Origin: an uncultured Ignavibacteria bacterium
GTDB lineage: Bacteria > Zixibacteria > MSB-5A5 > UBA10806
Length of the DNA stretch: 58,555 nt
NCBI GenBank assembly: GCA_964556975.1
Contig: CAZKYQ010000002.1
Span: 1 to 58,555 of the forward strand
Reading direction: 5' to 3'
Numbering within the stretch: position 1 is the first letter of the stretch; each line of letters opens with the position of its first letter. Below, piece by piece: positions 1-9,005 of this stretch. Under the pieces are notes generated by a model, which made no database searches, had not been told where the DNA came from, and worked only from the letters and a program-made list of their open reading frames with translations. The translations under genes and the position numbers were made by a program.

Positions 1-328
1 CTAACCACGCTCTCAACAAACTTTTGTGAGCCTTGTATTTCCCGTATGGTTGCGTTATGCTGATGCGGGTGAAGGTCGTTGGAAAATAATTGCAGGCGAG
101 GGCGATACTCAACTTTATTTCCGCAATCTCTTGTAGAAAATCAACTCCGGATCATTTGGATCCAGGCGGACAACTGTATCGATCTCAATAAGTTTTTGCA
201 TATCAGTTGATTGGGCCTTCTGGATATTCATGTTATTCTCGCTTCTGACAGTCATCTGGTTTACGGCTTGGATTCTGTCAGGTTTTTCCCGGTTCTGTCA
301 TTTGCTATACCCAGCCTACTACTGCATT

Positions 329-1075
329 CTATCGATATTCCGGATTGGCGAAATCGAACCGACAGCCCGCGTCCCATTTGGATCGTTGATTCCCATGAGC
401 TGGAATACCTCCGACATCCTTCAACATTCGGGCAAGGTGCATCAGGTTCCAGGTCATAAAGGTCGTATTGCGATTTGTGAAATCGTTTTCAGGACCACCG
501 GAACCTTCATCCAAGTACGAGGGCCCCGGACCGGCTTCTCCAAGCCAGGCAGCATCGGCTTGAGGGGGAATAACGTATCCAAGATGTTGCAGTGAATACA
601 AAATATTCATAGCGCAATGCTTTGCTCCATCCTCATTTCCGGTGATCAGGCATCCGCCTACTTTTCCATAATCAGAATATTGCCCACTTTCGTTGAGCAA
701 GCCGGAATTAGCGTAGAGTCTTTCAATCAACATGGTGCAAACAGAGGTCTTCTCTCCGAGCCAGATTGCTGAACCGATAATGACGATATCAGCATTTTTG
801 ATTCTCTCATAAATCTGAGGCCACTCGTCTTGATCCCAGCCATGTTCGGTCATATCGCCCCATACGCCAAACGCAATATTGTGATCTACGATTCGTACCT
901 CATCAACCTGGATCTTGTTTTTTTCCAGAATAGCCTTGCTTATTTTCCACAGCCCTTCCGTGTGGGATAATTCAGGCGATCTTTTTAAAGTACAGTTAAG
1001 GAAAATCGCTTTCAAGTCTGAAAAATTCCATTTACTTGATGTGCACATCTCTTCCTGTTTCTTGTTTAATATCAT
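329..1075 (-). CDS. flavodoxin-like fold NAD(P)H-dependent FMN reductase family protein
   Basis: 248-aa ORF. Motifs IFLNCTLKRSP, ADIVIIGSAIWLGE and GGCLITGNEDG are typical of this oxidoreductase family. An AAGGAG RBS lies about 9 nt upstream on the minus strand. Confidence 0.7.
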   Translation of the reverse strand: MILNKKQEEMCTSSKWNFSDLKAIFLNCTLKRSPELSHTEGLWKISKAILEKNKIQVDEVRIVDHNIAFGVWGDMTEHGWDQDEWPQIYERIKNADIVIIGSAIWLGEKTSVCTMLIERLYANSGLLNESGQYSDYGKVGGCLITGNEDGAKHCAMNILYSLQHLGYVIPPQADAAWLGEAGPGPSYLDEGSGGPENDFTNRNTTFMTWNLMHLARMLKDVGGIPAHGNQRSKWDAGCRFDFANPEYR

Positions 1076-1414
1076 TTTATCTCTCTCCTTCTTGGCTTGT
1101 TTACAGACATTGGCTGCGGCATGATGGCAAATAGTTTAAAAAAAACAAACATAATCGGATAAGCAACTAAAATTATTGAACTTAAGTCGGATACCCCTTG
1201 TTCCACTTCATATTAACAATTTGATAAACAACGGCTTCAAAAAAATCCCATCTCTCCGCTCTTTTTCCTGAGATATCTAACCTTATATCTGACTTTAGTT
1301 TCGATGTCATAATAGGAAAACTCTTTGTTACCTTTCTTTTACAATAAAGCTGTTATCATTGTTTTTCATACTATTTTAATAGTGTTCACTCCCGTATAAA
1401 AACACTATATCGAC

Positions 1415-1443
1415 TTGACATATCCGCCGGTTTATGTTAATTT
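1415..1443 (+). promoter_or_regulatory. candidate sigma70-type promoter (TTGACA-N17-TAATTT)
   Basis: TTGACA at 1415-1420, a 17-nt spacer, then TAATTT at 1438-1443. An 8-bp inverted repeat ATAGTGTT/AACACTAT (about 1379-1408) lies just upstream. Such matches are common in AT-rich DNA. Confidence 0.3.
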
Positions 1444-1743
1444 TACTTTCAGGGAGAATTGTTTGGGTTTTTTGTATGCAACGAAACTGTTCGGACATAA
1501 TTGGGCTTCGCTAATTAAGCTTCGATGTTGGAGGTTGCGCTTTCAGTGATCTGCGGCATGAATTTTAAAAAACAATATTTTTAATTAGGAAACTTAAACG
1601 ATGTTTAAAAAAAGGAGGTTTTCCCAAAAACTTTTATTTAATTAATTGACAGTACGTGGACAACTTAACCGATTATTTGGAAATCAGGAAATTAATTAGT
1701 TTGTTAGTTTTTTTTTAACCTCACTAAACTAGGGGAAATAAAT

Positions 1744-4677
1744 ATGAAAAAACTCTTTCCTTTGTTTTTAATCCTGGCGTTTTTGGTTTTAGGGCTCTCG
1801 GCTAACGCTGATGTCACCGTTTCCAAAAAAGCTTATTTGGATCAGCTTTCAAATGTCGATCCGAATGGCGGTACGGTGATAATGAACGATGATCTTGAGA
1901 GATCTTACTATATGATGTCATCTCCTAATAGTTTCATTAGCTCCGATTATAAGCAGGACAAGCCGGCTTATACCGGTGCCAAAAACGTTCCGGATCAAAA
2001 CGTTATACTTCAGGGGGGCGATAACTGCGCGACCGCGACTGTAATCTCATCGCTGCCCTATTCAGATGCCGGTACTACAGCGGGCTATACTGATGACTAC
2101 GACATGGCCTGTCCCTATACCGGATCGACTTCGCCCGATGTTGTATATTCTTATACGCCATCTTCGAACGTGCTTGTTGATATTGATGTTTGCGAGTCCG
2201 CGTACGATACCAAGTTATATGTTTTCGATACCAACTGTACAAATGCTGATTCGGTTGCCTGTAATGACGATTTCTGCAGCAACAGTTCGGGTGATCCATA
2301 CCGTTCTCAACTTCCCAGCGTGCCGATGAACTCCGGTACTACCTATTATATTGTTGTTGATGGATACGGTGGTGAATCCGGCACTTACAATATCAATGTT
2401 GACACTGTCTCGGCTCCTCCTCCGGATACATTAATGGACTGCCCTGTTGGCGCGTTATTCAGCCAGGAGCCGCATCTTCCGGCAGACGCTTGGTCAGCGG
2501 GTACCAGCGATTCCGGTTTCCAGCCGGAGAATTACGCGGTATTTGAAAACTTCAGCGCCTCCGGTGAAATTTGTGATATTCATTGGTGGGGCTTGAGCCT
2601 CGAATATAACGCCGGCTGGTTCGATTGCGTCGGCGAAGCCATGGCATTCGATATCATTTTCTATCCGGATGCCGGTGGTTTGCCCGATACGGCCAACCCG
2701 GCTTGTATCTACACCAATGTCACGCCCACGATGACGAATACCGGTAATCTCTATTCCGCATATCCGCTATATAAATTCGATCTGGTGTTAAATCCCTGCT
2801 GTAACTTAACGTCGGGATGGGTAATGATTCAAGGCGTAAGTGTCGGAAGTCCGGATTGCCGATTCCTCTGGATGAGTTCGCCCACAGGCGATGCTGATTC
2901 ATATCAGCGCGCTTCAGGCGTGTTAAGCCTAACAGGATATGATCGCGCATTGTGTCTTACAGGTCAATATGTGCCTGTATTCGGCGCGTGCTGTGATGAC
3001 GCTACCGGAAACTGCGCCGACAATGTCGAGATGATCAATTGCCCGACTCCGCCCATGCGTTTTGCCCCGAACACGCTCTGCATCGACATGCAGCCGGCTT
3101 GCGGAACCGTATTCGGCGCCTGCTGTGATGACCAGGGCCTTTGTACGCAAACATCTCAACAGGATTGTCCCGGAACATGGTATCCCGATACGCCATGCGA
3201 TCCGAATCCTTGCCCAGTGCCTCCTCCATGTTCCTTGGTTTGTGTTAATCCACTGGAAGCCGAACCGGACTGTTACGATGATTATGTAGACCTTACTAAT
3301 ATGGGCTGTAACGCTGATACAGGACAAACACCTACATTTACAGCTATAACAGCTGGCGCTTCAATCTGCGGTACTGCCGGTAATTTCTTGGTCGGTGGAA
3401 CTACACAATCAAGAGATACAGACTGGTATAGAATTGTCGTTCCTGGCGACGCGATGTTAACGTGGTCTGGTGTCGCGGAATTCGAATTACTTCTTTTCAT
3501 AATTGACGCTGGTTCTGAAGATTGTGTGGATTACCAAATCTTAGATAACGCGTCCGCTCCGGCCTGTTCCACTGTGATAGTTTCAGTTCCTGTCGTGGCC
3601 GGTGTCTACTATCTATGGGCCGGTCCCGCGCAATTTACAGGAACAGCTTGTGGATCGATTTATGAGGCTACGGTCGATGTTGGCGCGGCCCCGACAGGCG
3701 CGTGTTGCGTAGGCGGTCAATGTGTCGCTACAAACACCGTGTCAGAATGCGCCGCCTTACAGGGCGATTGGTATATTGGCGAAGACTGCAGTAATTTCAC
3801 ATGTCCGCTTTCTTGCGATAATGCCATTTACCAAAATGGCCTGCCCACCGGTTTTGCCAGGGGTGCGCAGTGCGAACCTGTTTATCCGTTCCAAGCCGGA
3901 GTCGCCGATGACTTTATCTTACCTGGCGCTGATTCGGTTAATATCGCGTATGTTCTTTCATGGTTTGATCATTGGAACGGCAACGTTAACGGCCCGGCTG
4001 ATTACCTCGGTCTGAATGTCACTATTTATGAAAACAATACTACCACAACGCCGCCCAGCCCCGGCGGCAAGCCCATAGATGGCGATACGACTTGCGCTCA
4101 TACTGAAATAATACCAGGCGGCATAGTTTACACCATAGAACTTGCCCCGGGCAGTTTTTCATACGCCAATGAAGGCGCTGCATGGAAATTAACCGCCCCG
4201 GTCGATGTTGATTTGGCCGCCGGGACAACTTACTGGCTCGAAGTTGAACCGATTATGCTATTTGCCGACGCCGGTCAAGCCGGTTGGGTGAATACCGATA
4301 TCGTAACTGGTGAATTCGCGCAGCAAATCTTTGAGCTGTTAGGAACCGATCCATGGACGACTATGGATGATTCTGTTGATATGGCTTTCTGCCTGATTGA
4401 AGGCGGCGGCGGCGGTGGCGGCTGTGACTATGTTGTCGGTGACGTTAACGGCAGTACTAGCTATAACGGTTTGGATATTACTTATGGTGTTGCCTTCTTC
4501 AAAGGCGGCGCTGCTCCTCTGTGCGATCCTAACTGCCCGCCATGTGCAGGCTGGAACTATTGCGGCGATGTCAACGGAAGCTGCAGCTACAACGGACTCG
4601 ATATAACTTATGGAGTTGCTTACTTCAAGGGTGGCGCGGGACCAATTCCTTGCGCTGATTGCCCTCCATCCCCGTAA
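1744..4677 (+). CDS. secreted Cys-rich protein with PPC-like domains, three GACC Cys-knot-like repeats and a C-terminal dockerin-like double repeat
   Basis: 977-aa ORF with an N-terminal signal peptide (MKKLFPLFLILAFLVLGLSANA) and an AGGGGA RBS. DTDWYRIVV resembles a pre-peptidase C-terminal domain. The C-terminus carries 2x GDVNGSxSYNGLDITYGVA(Y/F)FKGG. Confidence 0.85.
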   Translation: MKKLFPLFLILAFLVLGLSANADVTVSKKAYLDQLSNVDPNGGTVIMNDDLERSYYMMSSPNSFISSDYKQDKPAYTGAKNVPDQNVILQGGDNCATATVISSLPYSDAGTTAGYTDDYDMACPYTGSTSPDVVYSYTPSSNVLVDIDVCESAYDTKLYVFDTNCTNADSVACNDDFCSNSSGDPYRSQLPSVPMNSGTTYYIVVDGYGGESGTYNINVDTVSAPPPDTLMDCPVGALFSQEPHLPADAWSAGTSDSGFQPENYAVFENFSASGEICDIHWWGLSLEYNAGWFDCVGEAMAFDIIFYPDAGGLPDTANPACIYTNVTPTMTNTGNLYSAYPLYKFDLVLNPCCNLTSGWVMIQGVSVGSPDCRFLWMSSPTGDADSYQRASGVLSLTGYDRALCLTGQYVPVFGACCDDATGNCADNVEMINCPTPPMRFAPNTLCIDMQPACGTVFGACCDDQGLCTQTSQQDCPGTWYPDTPCDPNPCPVPPPCSLVCVNPLEAEPDCYDDYVDLTNMGCNADTGQTPTFTAITAGASICGTAGNFLVGGTTQSRDTDWYRIVVPGDAMLTWSGVAEFELLLFIIDAGSEDCVDYQILDNASAPACSTVIVSVPVVAGVYYLWAGPAQFTGTACGSIYEATVDVGAAPTGACCVGGQCVATNTVSECAALQGDWYIGEDCSNFTCPLSCDNAIYQNGLPTGFARGAQCEPVYPFQAGVADDFILPGADSVNIAYVLSWFDHWNGNVNGPADYLGLNVTIYENNTTTTPPSPGGKPIDGDTTCAHTEIIPGGIVYTIELAPGSFSYANEGAAWKLTAPVDVDLAAGTTYWLEVEPIMLFADAGQAGWVNTDIVTGEFAQQIFELLGTDPWTTMDDSVDMAFCLIEGGGGGGGCDYVVGDVNGSTSYNGLDITYGVAFFKGGAAPLCDPNCPPCAGWNYCGDVNGSCSYNGLDITYGVAYFKGGAGPIPCADCPPSP

Positions 4678-4712
4678 TGAAACAGAATTACTGAGTTAAA
4701 TCAGTAATATTT

Positions 4713-4743
4713 CCGGGCCCTTTTTTGAGGGCCCGGTTTTTTT
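4713..4743 (+). terminator. rho-independent terminator
   Basis: Perfect 8-bp GC stem CCGGGCCC/GGGCCCGG with an 8-nt loop, followed by T7, 36 nt after the stop codon of the 977-aa gene. Confidence 0.8.
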
Positions 4744-4852
4744 GTGATCAAGAAACTAAATTCATGAATATATGACGCATATATTATTAAGGTCGTTTTT
4801 CTTAAATTATGAAGTTAAACAGATAAATATAGAATAAATTTTATTCCCGGTA

Positions 4853-4879
4853 TAAAACCCCATTCGAAACGACCGATAC
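4853..4879 (+). promoter_or_regulatory. candidate sigma28 (FliA)-type promoter TAAA-N15-ACCGATAC
   Basis: TAAA at 4853-4856, exactly 15 nt, then ACCGATAC at 4872-4879 (6/8 match to GCCGATAA). It ends 8 nt before the ATG at 4888, so the transcript would be nearly leaderless. Confidence 0.35.
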
Positions 4880-4887
4880 CATTATGG

Positions 4888-6213
4888 ATGGCTAATATAG
4901 ATATAAAAGAAAATATAACTTTATCTCAGAGTGATCTTGAGAAAAAAATATCTGATCTCGAGGACAATTTAGCCCAGCAGGCAAACAAGTTTACAGATAT
5001 TTCCAGGATTGGAACGGTAATAACCTCGATTTTTGATTTGGATCGAATATTGCCCATGGTTATGGAATCGGCATTGACACTCTCAAAAGCCGAAGTTGGG
5101 CAGATGATGGTATTCAACGATGATGGCTCTTTCGAGGACTCTGTCTGTTGGGGCATTTCGCAAGAGGTGACAAAACTAATTCAGAATAAGGACAATATGT
5201 GTCTTTGGGATTATATGAGAGCCAACGGGGAATGGCTGAAAATCGAGGATTTACGCGATAATCCCGACTGGGAATTGAAATCTGATAAAGCTCATATAAA
5301 ATCTCTAGTGGCCGCGCCGCTTTTTTCAAAAAAACGAATTGTAGGGGCCATTGCTATCGCTAATAAAATCGACGGAGATAATTTTACATCGGAGGACCTG
5401 TACATCCTGGAAATAATCGCTCGATACGCTACGGTTGCCGTTGAAAACAGCCATCTCCATGATGAAGCTCTTGAAATGCAAAAGCTTGAGGCCGATATTG
5501 ATATGGCCCGCCAGCTTCAAAGCATGATGATGCCTGAAAAAAGGATAGAATTCGATAGGTTGGAAATCAACGCCTATAATACGATGGCTAAACAAGTTGG
5601 CGGCGATTTTTATGATATTGTTCAATTATCCAGGAGTAAATATATCCTTATTATTGCCGATGTTTCAGATAAAGGATTCCCGGCATCGCTTCTAATGACT
5701 TCGTCGAGGAGCCTGCTAAGGGCTTATGCGATTGAAACCAGTTCCTTAAGTGAGATCATGGCCAATGTGAATGAACAGCTCTGCGGTGATTCCGGCGCCC
5801 TTAAGGGGATGTTTGTAACTTTGATTATGGTTTGTTTGGATTTCGAAAAGAATGAAATAAAAGCGGTAAACGCAGGGCATCCTCCGGGCTGGATCAGGTA
5901 TCCCGATGGCAAAATAACTGAGATGAAAACCGGGGGGCCTTTTGTGGGACAATTTTCGGGGCTTGAATACAAAGAACAAGTATTGCCGCTGGTTCCGGGC
6001 TCACGCATGTTTCTTTATACGGATGGAATTTTTGAGTGTGTCGATAATCAGGGAAATATGTTGGGCGTTTCAGGTATCAGATCATTTTTCGAGAATCATT
6101 TGAATGATACGCCGGAAGTGTTTGAAAGTGAAATTAAAAAACTAATGAAAGAATATTCGGTAGATCCTGAGAGAATAGATGATACAACCTATATCCTGGT
6201 GGATTTCAAATGA
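4888..6213 (+). CDS. GAF-domain PP2C-type (SpoIIE/RsbU-like) serine phosphatase
   Basis: 441 aa. The N-terminal half is GAF-like. The C-terminal half has the PPM/SpoIIE pattern (MARQLQSMMMP, VGGDFYD, ADVSDKG, LYTDGI). Confidence 0.85.
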   Translation: MANIDIKENITLSQSDLEKKISDLEDNLAQQANKFTDISRIGTVITSIFDLDRILPMVMESALTLSKAEVGQMMVFNDDGSFEDSVCWGISQEVTKLIQNKDNMCLWDYMRANGEWLKIEDLRDNPDWELKSDKAHIKSLVAAPLFSKKRIVGAIAIANKIDGDNFTSEDLYILEIIARYATVAVENSHLHDEALEMQKLEADIDMARQLQSMMMPEKRIEFDRLEINAYNTMAKQVGGDFYDIVQLSRSKYILIIADVSDKGFPASLLMTSSRSLLRAYAIETSSLSEIMANVNEQLCGDSGALKGMFVTLIMVCLDFEKNEIKAVNAGHPPGWIRYPDGKITEMKTGGPFVGQFSGLEYKEQVLPLVPGSRMFLYTDGIFECVDNQGNMLGVSGIRSFFENHLNDTPEVFESEIKKLMKEYSVDPERIDDTTYILVDFK

Positions 6214-6647
6214 ACAGATATTTCTTTTCATTCCCGAACACCGAAGAGGCGTTTAGAATATCTGATGATGTTTTCGGGCATGTTATTGATACGGTTGATG
6301 CCGATATCTCTGAACGCCAAAGAATGAAATTGATAGTTTCTGAACTGGTTATGAACGCGTATTTGCACGGTAATAAGTTTGATACTAAAAAGCGTATTGA
6401 AGTGGCTTTGGAAATAGATGCAAGCGATTTTATTGCCACAGTAAAGGACGAAGGGACGGGATTTACTAAACAGCGATTTAAAAATATGGTAGAGGCCATT
6501 TCAGATTTGGAGTCGGATTCCGGCCGCGGAATAAAAATTATCCACGAATTAAGCGATAAAATTAATGTATTTAAGGATGAAAAAGGTAAATTTTGCATTA
6601 GAGCTTTTAGGAAATTTAGAAAAAAACCGATTTTAATTAATGCATAA
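6210..6647 (+). CDS. RsbW/SpoIIAB-like anti-sigma factor serine kinase (HATPase_c)
   Basis: 145 aa. N-box SELVMNAYLHG, G1 DEGTGF, G2 GRGIKII. Its start overlaps the upstream stop codon by 4 nt. Confidence 0.8.
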   Translation: MNRYFFSFPNTEEAFRISDDVFGHVIDTVDADISERQRMKLIVSELVMNAYLHGNKFDTKKRIEVALEIDASDFIATVKDEGTGFTKQRFKNMVEAISDLESDSGRGIKIIHELSDKINVFKDEKGKFCIRAFRKFRKKPILINA

Positions 6648-6663
6648 TTGATTTGGAGGGAGA

Positions 6664-6996
6664 ATGGACATTTCAACAAAAATCGATGGCGATATTGCGG
6701 TCATAAATATGCATGGAAGATTAGATCTTTCCAGCGCCAAAGATCTAAAAGAGGCATCCCAACAATTTACTTCACAAGACAATTGCAAAGTGATCCTCAA
6801 CATGGAAAATGTAGATTTTATTAACAGTTCCGGACTTGGCGCTCTTGTATCTATTCTCAAAGAAGTCAGGTGTAATAAGGGCGCTTTAAAAATCTCAAAT
6901 CTCGCGAGTTACGTTAGAGAGATTTTTGATATAACTCAACTTTCAAATATCTTTGATATTTGCGAAGATGAGACGCATGCAAGGCAGGATTTTTAG
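6664..6996 (+). CDS. STAS-domain anti-sigma-factor antagonist (RsbV/SpoIIAA-like)
   Basis: 110 aa. DFINSSGLGALV carries the conserved phosphorylatable Ser context. GGAGGGAG RBS. Confidence 0.85.
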   Translation: MDISTKIDGDIAVINMHGRLDLSSAKDLKEASQQFTSQDNCKVILNMENVDFINSSGLGALVSILKEVRCNKGALKISNLASYVREIFDITQLSNIFDICEDETHARQDF

Positions 6997-7048
6997 GGGT
7001 CATTGCCCAAATTAATTTATCAGTCCAAATCCTAATAAATGCTATTAG

Positions 7049-7618
7049 ATGAAAAGTAATAATTCTGAACGCAAGCCTTTGAATCTCTTTGGGATGGATA
7101 TTTCCGATGCTGAGGGATTAAAAGCTATCATTGTCGACGATGATTCTTTGACGGTCGATTTTTTAAAACAGCTTCTCGAAGAATTAAAATTCATTGTTCT
7201 TACCGCCTTAACGGGAGAAGACGCGGTCGAAATTGTAGAAAAGACCTTTGACATTGATATTGCTCTTGTAGATTTTAGGATGCCTGGTATTAACGGCCTT
7301 GAAACCATAAAAAAGATATCGGAATTTTCTCCGGAAACGGTCACGATGATTATGACAGGACTGCCAACTTTGGATTCATCGATAAGGGCAATAAGGCTGG
7401 GGGCGTCAGATTATATTCTAAAGCCCTTTAATCTCGAAAATGTAATTGTTGCGTTAAAAAGAGCCGTTAAAGAAAGAAAAATCAGGCTTGAAACAAAACA
7501 ACTTCGCAAAAGAATATTGGATCTTGAAAACAATGTTTCTTCCCGCACAGAGATAAATATTAATGAAAACATCGAAAGTAACGGCAATTTCCACAGTTTC
7601 CCCCAAAACAGTCATTAG
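7049..7618 (+). CDS. response regulator receiver protein with C-terminal coiled-coil tail
   Basis: 189 aa. REC motifs IIVDDD, LVDFRMPGINGLE, MIMTGLP and KPF. Confidence 0.85.
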   Translation: MKSNNSERKPLNLFGMDISDAEGLKAIIVDDDSLTVDFLKQLLEELKFIVLTALTGEDAVEIVEKTFDIDIALVDFRMPGINGLETIKKISEFSPETVTMIMTGLPTLDSSIRAIRLGASDYILKPFNLENVIVALKRAVKERKIRLETKQLRKRILDLENNVSSRTEININENIESNGNFHSFPQNSH

Positions 7619-7760
7619 ACAGACAATATCCGCCAACGATTTTAAATAAATAACTGTTGTTTCATTTTGAATCATCTATAAAAAAAAGGTTGATAATTCT
7701 CTAATGTTGTTTTAAAAATATCTGGAGATTTGGGTTGATTTTTAATAGGCAAGAATTACT

Positions 7761-9005
7761 TTGGATAAAATGGCAAAAAAAAAGAACGAACTGGAAGAGC
7801 TTGAAAAGCTCGCGGAATCTCTTACGGGCATGGGTGCCTTAACCCAATTAGTGCGCAATTCATATTCCCAATTAGAGTCTAAAATCGATGATGAAAACAC
7901 AAGGCTGGCACGAGTTAATGGCCTACTGCGCGAATCGCTTAACGAAAGAAACCGTCTCGCGAATTATCTAAACAGCATCCTTGAAAGCATTGACTCCGGA
8001 GCCATAGTAACCGGTAAAAACGGACGTATTAATATTTTTAATACTGCGGCTGAGAAATTTACCGGCATTTCTGCGGAATCGGCATTAGGAAAAAACTATT
8101 CTGATATAATGAAAAACTCAGCGTCGCCGGAGGCTGAGTTGATTATCAGGGGCGAATTGTCAAGCGCTTCTGGCGAAAAAACGCTCAACCCCCGGAAAGG
8201 AATTGATATTCCGGTGGCTTATTCTTTATCAAAACTCCGCAGGTTCGGCGAAGATGAAATGGAAGGAATGGTGGAAATTATTTACAATCTTTCCGAAACT
8301 AAGAAGCTCGAAAAGGAATTGAAGCATGTGTCGACCCTCGCCGCTTTGGGCGAAATGGCGGCTACGGTGGCGCATGAAATTAGAAATCCGCTGATGGGAA
8401 TTTCCGGGTATACGTCTCTTCTGGCCAGAGACCTGGAGGACGATAAGAAAAATCTCGATACTGTCTCGAAAATTTCAAAAGGAGTGAGGGCGCTCAACGC
8501 AATTGTAGGTAATCTTCTTGATTTTACAAAACCTATAAATCCCAACAAAATGGGAATAAACCCGATCTCTGTCATTGAGGAGACAATTGCCGAGTTTGAA
8601 GTGGATTCAGAATCGAAAAATCATACTTTTGAGATAGAATACAAGACAAGAAATCTTCATGCGGAACTTGACCCGGACCTTTTCAGGCAGATTGTTTACA
8701 ATCTTGCCAAAAACGCGGTTCAGACAAACCCGAATGGAGGGCGCGTAAAATTAATATTGAAAAAGCCGCCCCACGCCCATCTCACGCTTAATGTTGAGGA
8801 TGACGGTCCGGGGATTCCCGATGATATTAAGGAAAATATCTTCACCCCATTCTTCACTACAAAAACCAATGGAATCGGGCTGGGGCTTGCCACCGTTAAA
8901 AAATTAATAGAGCTTCAAGGCGGCAGTATTACAGCGGAGAACAAACCGGGTGGCGGCGCGGTTTTCACAGCCGATTTTCCCGGCGAAAAAGGAGACATCT
9001 TATGA
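7761..9005 (+). CDS. soluble PAS-domain sensor histidine kinase (FlgS/FleS-like)
   Basis: 414 aa with no TM segment. H-box [10 protein letters not shown]-box [10 protein letters not shown]1 DDGPGI, G2 GIGLGL. An alternative ATG start lies at 7770. Confidence 0.85.
   Translation: MDKMAKKKNELEELEKLAESLTGMGALTQLVRNSYSQLESKIDDENTRLARVNGLLRESLNERNRLANYLNSILESIDSGAIVTGKNGRINIFNTAAEKFTGISAESALGKNYSDIMKNSASPEAELIIRGELSSASGEKTLNPRKGIDIPVAYSLSKLRRFGEDEMEGMVEIIYNLSETKKLEKELKHVSTLAALGEMAATVAHEIRNPLMGISGYTSLLARDLEDDKKNLDTVSKISKGVRALNAIVGNLLDFTKPINPNKMGINPISVIEETIAEFEVDSESKNHTFEIEYKTRNLHAELDPDLFRQIVYNLAKNAVQTNPNGGRVKLILKKPPHAHLTLNVEDDGPGIPDDIKENIFTPFFTTKTNGIGLGLATVKKLIELQGGSITAENKPGGGAVFTADFPGEKGDIL

Noticed and set aside
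1-328. A possible gene fragment at the left window edge (a minus-strand ATG at about 229 gives a 37-aa ORF; another frame is open to the edge for about 47 codons).
   Set aside because: No frame stays open for 60 aa or more. The peptides only vaguely recall an acetyltransferase start, so I cannot support a gene or pseudogene call.
211-595. Two plus-strand ORFs (82 and 121 aa) at the left edge.
   Set aside because: They overlap the 3' half of the flavodoxin-like reductase gene on the minus strand and have no recognisable features.
4402-4422. The (GGC)4-GGT-(GGC)2 trinucleotide run as a possible slippage or phase-variation tract.
   Set aside because: It is in frame and encodes a Gly7 linker just before the dockerin-like module. 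Triplet slippage would only change linker length, so it cannot act as an on/off switch.
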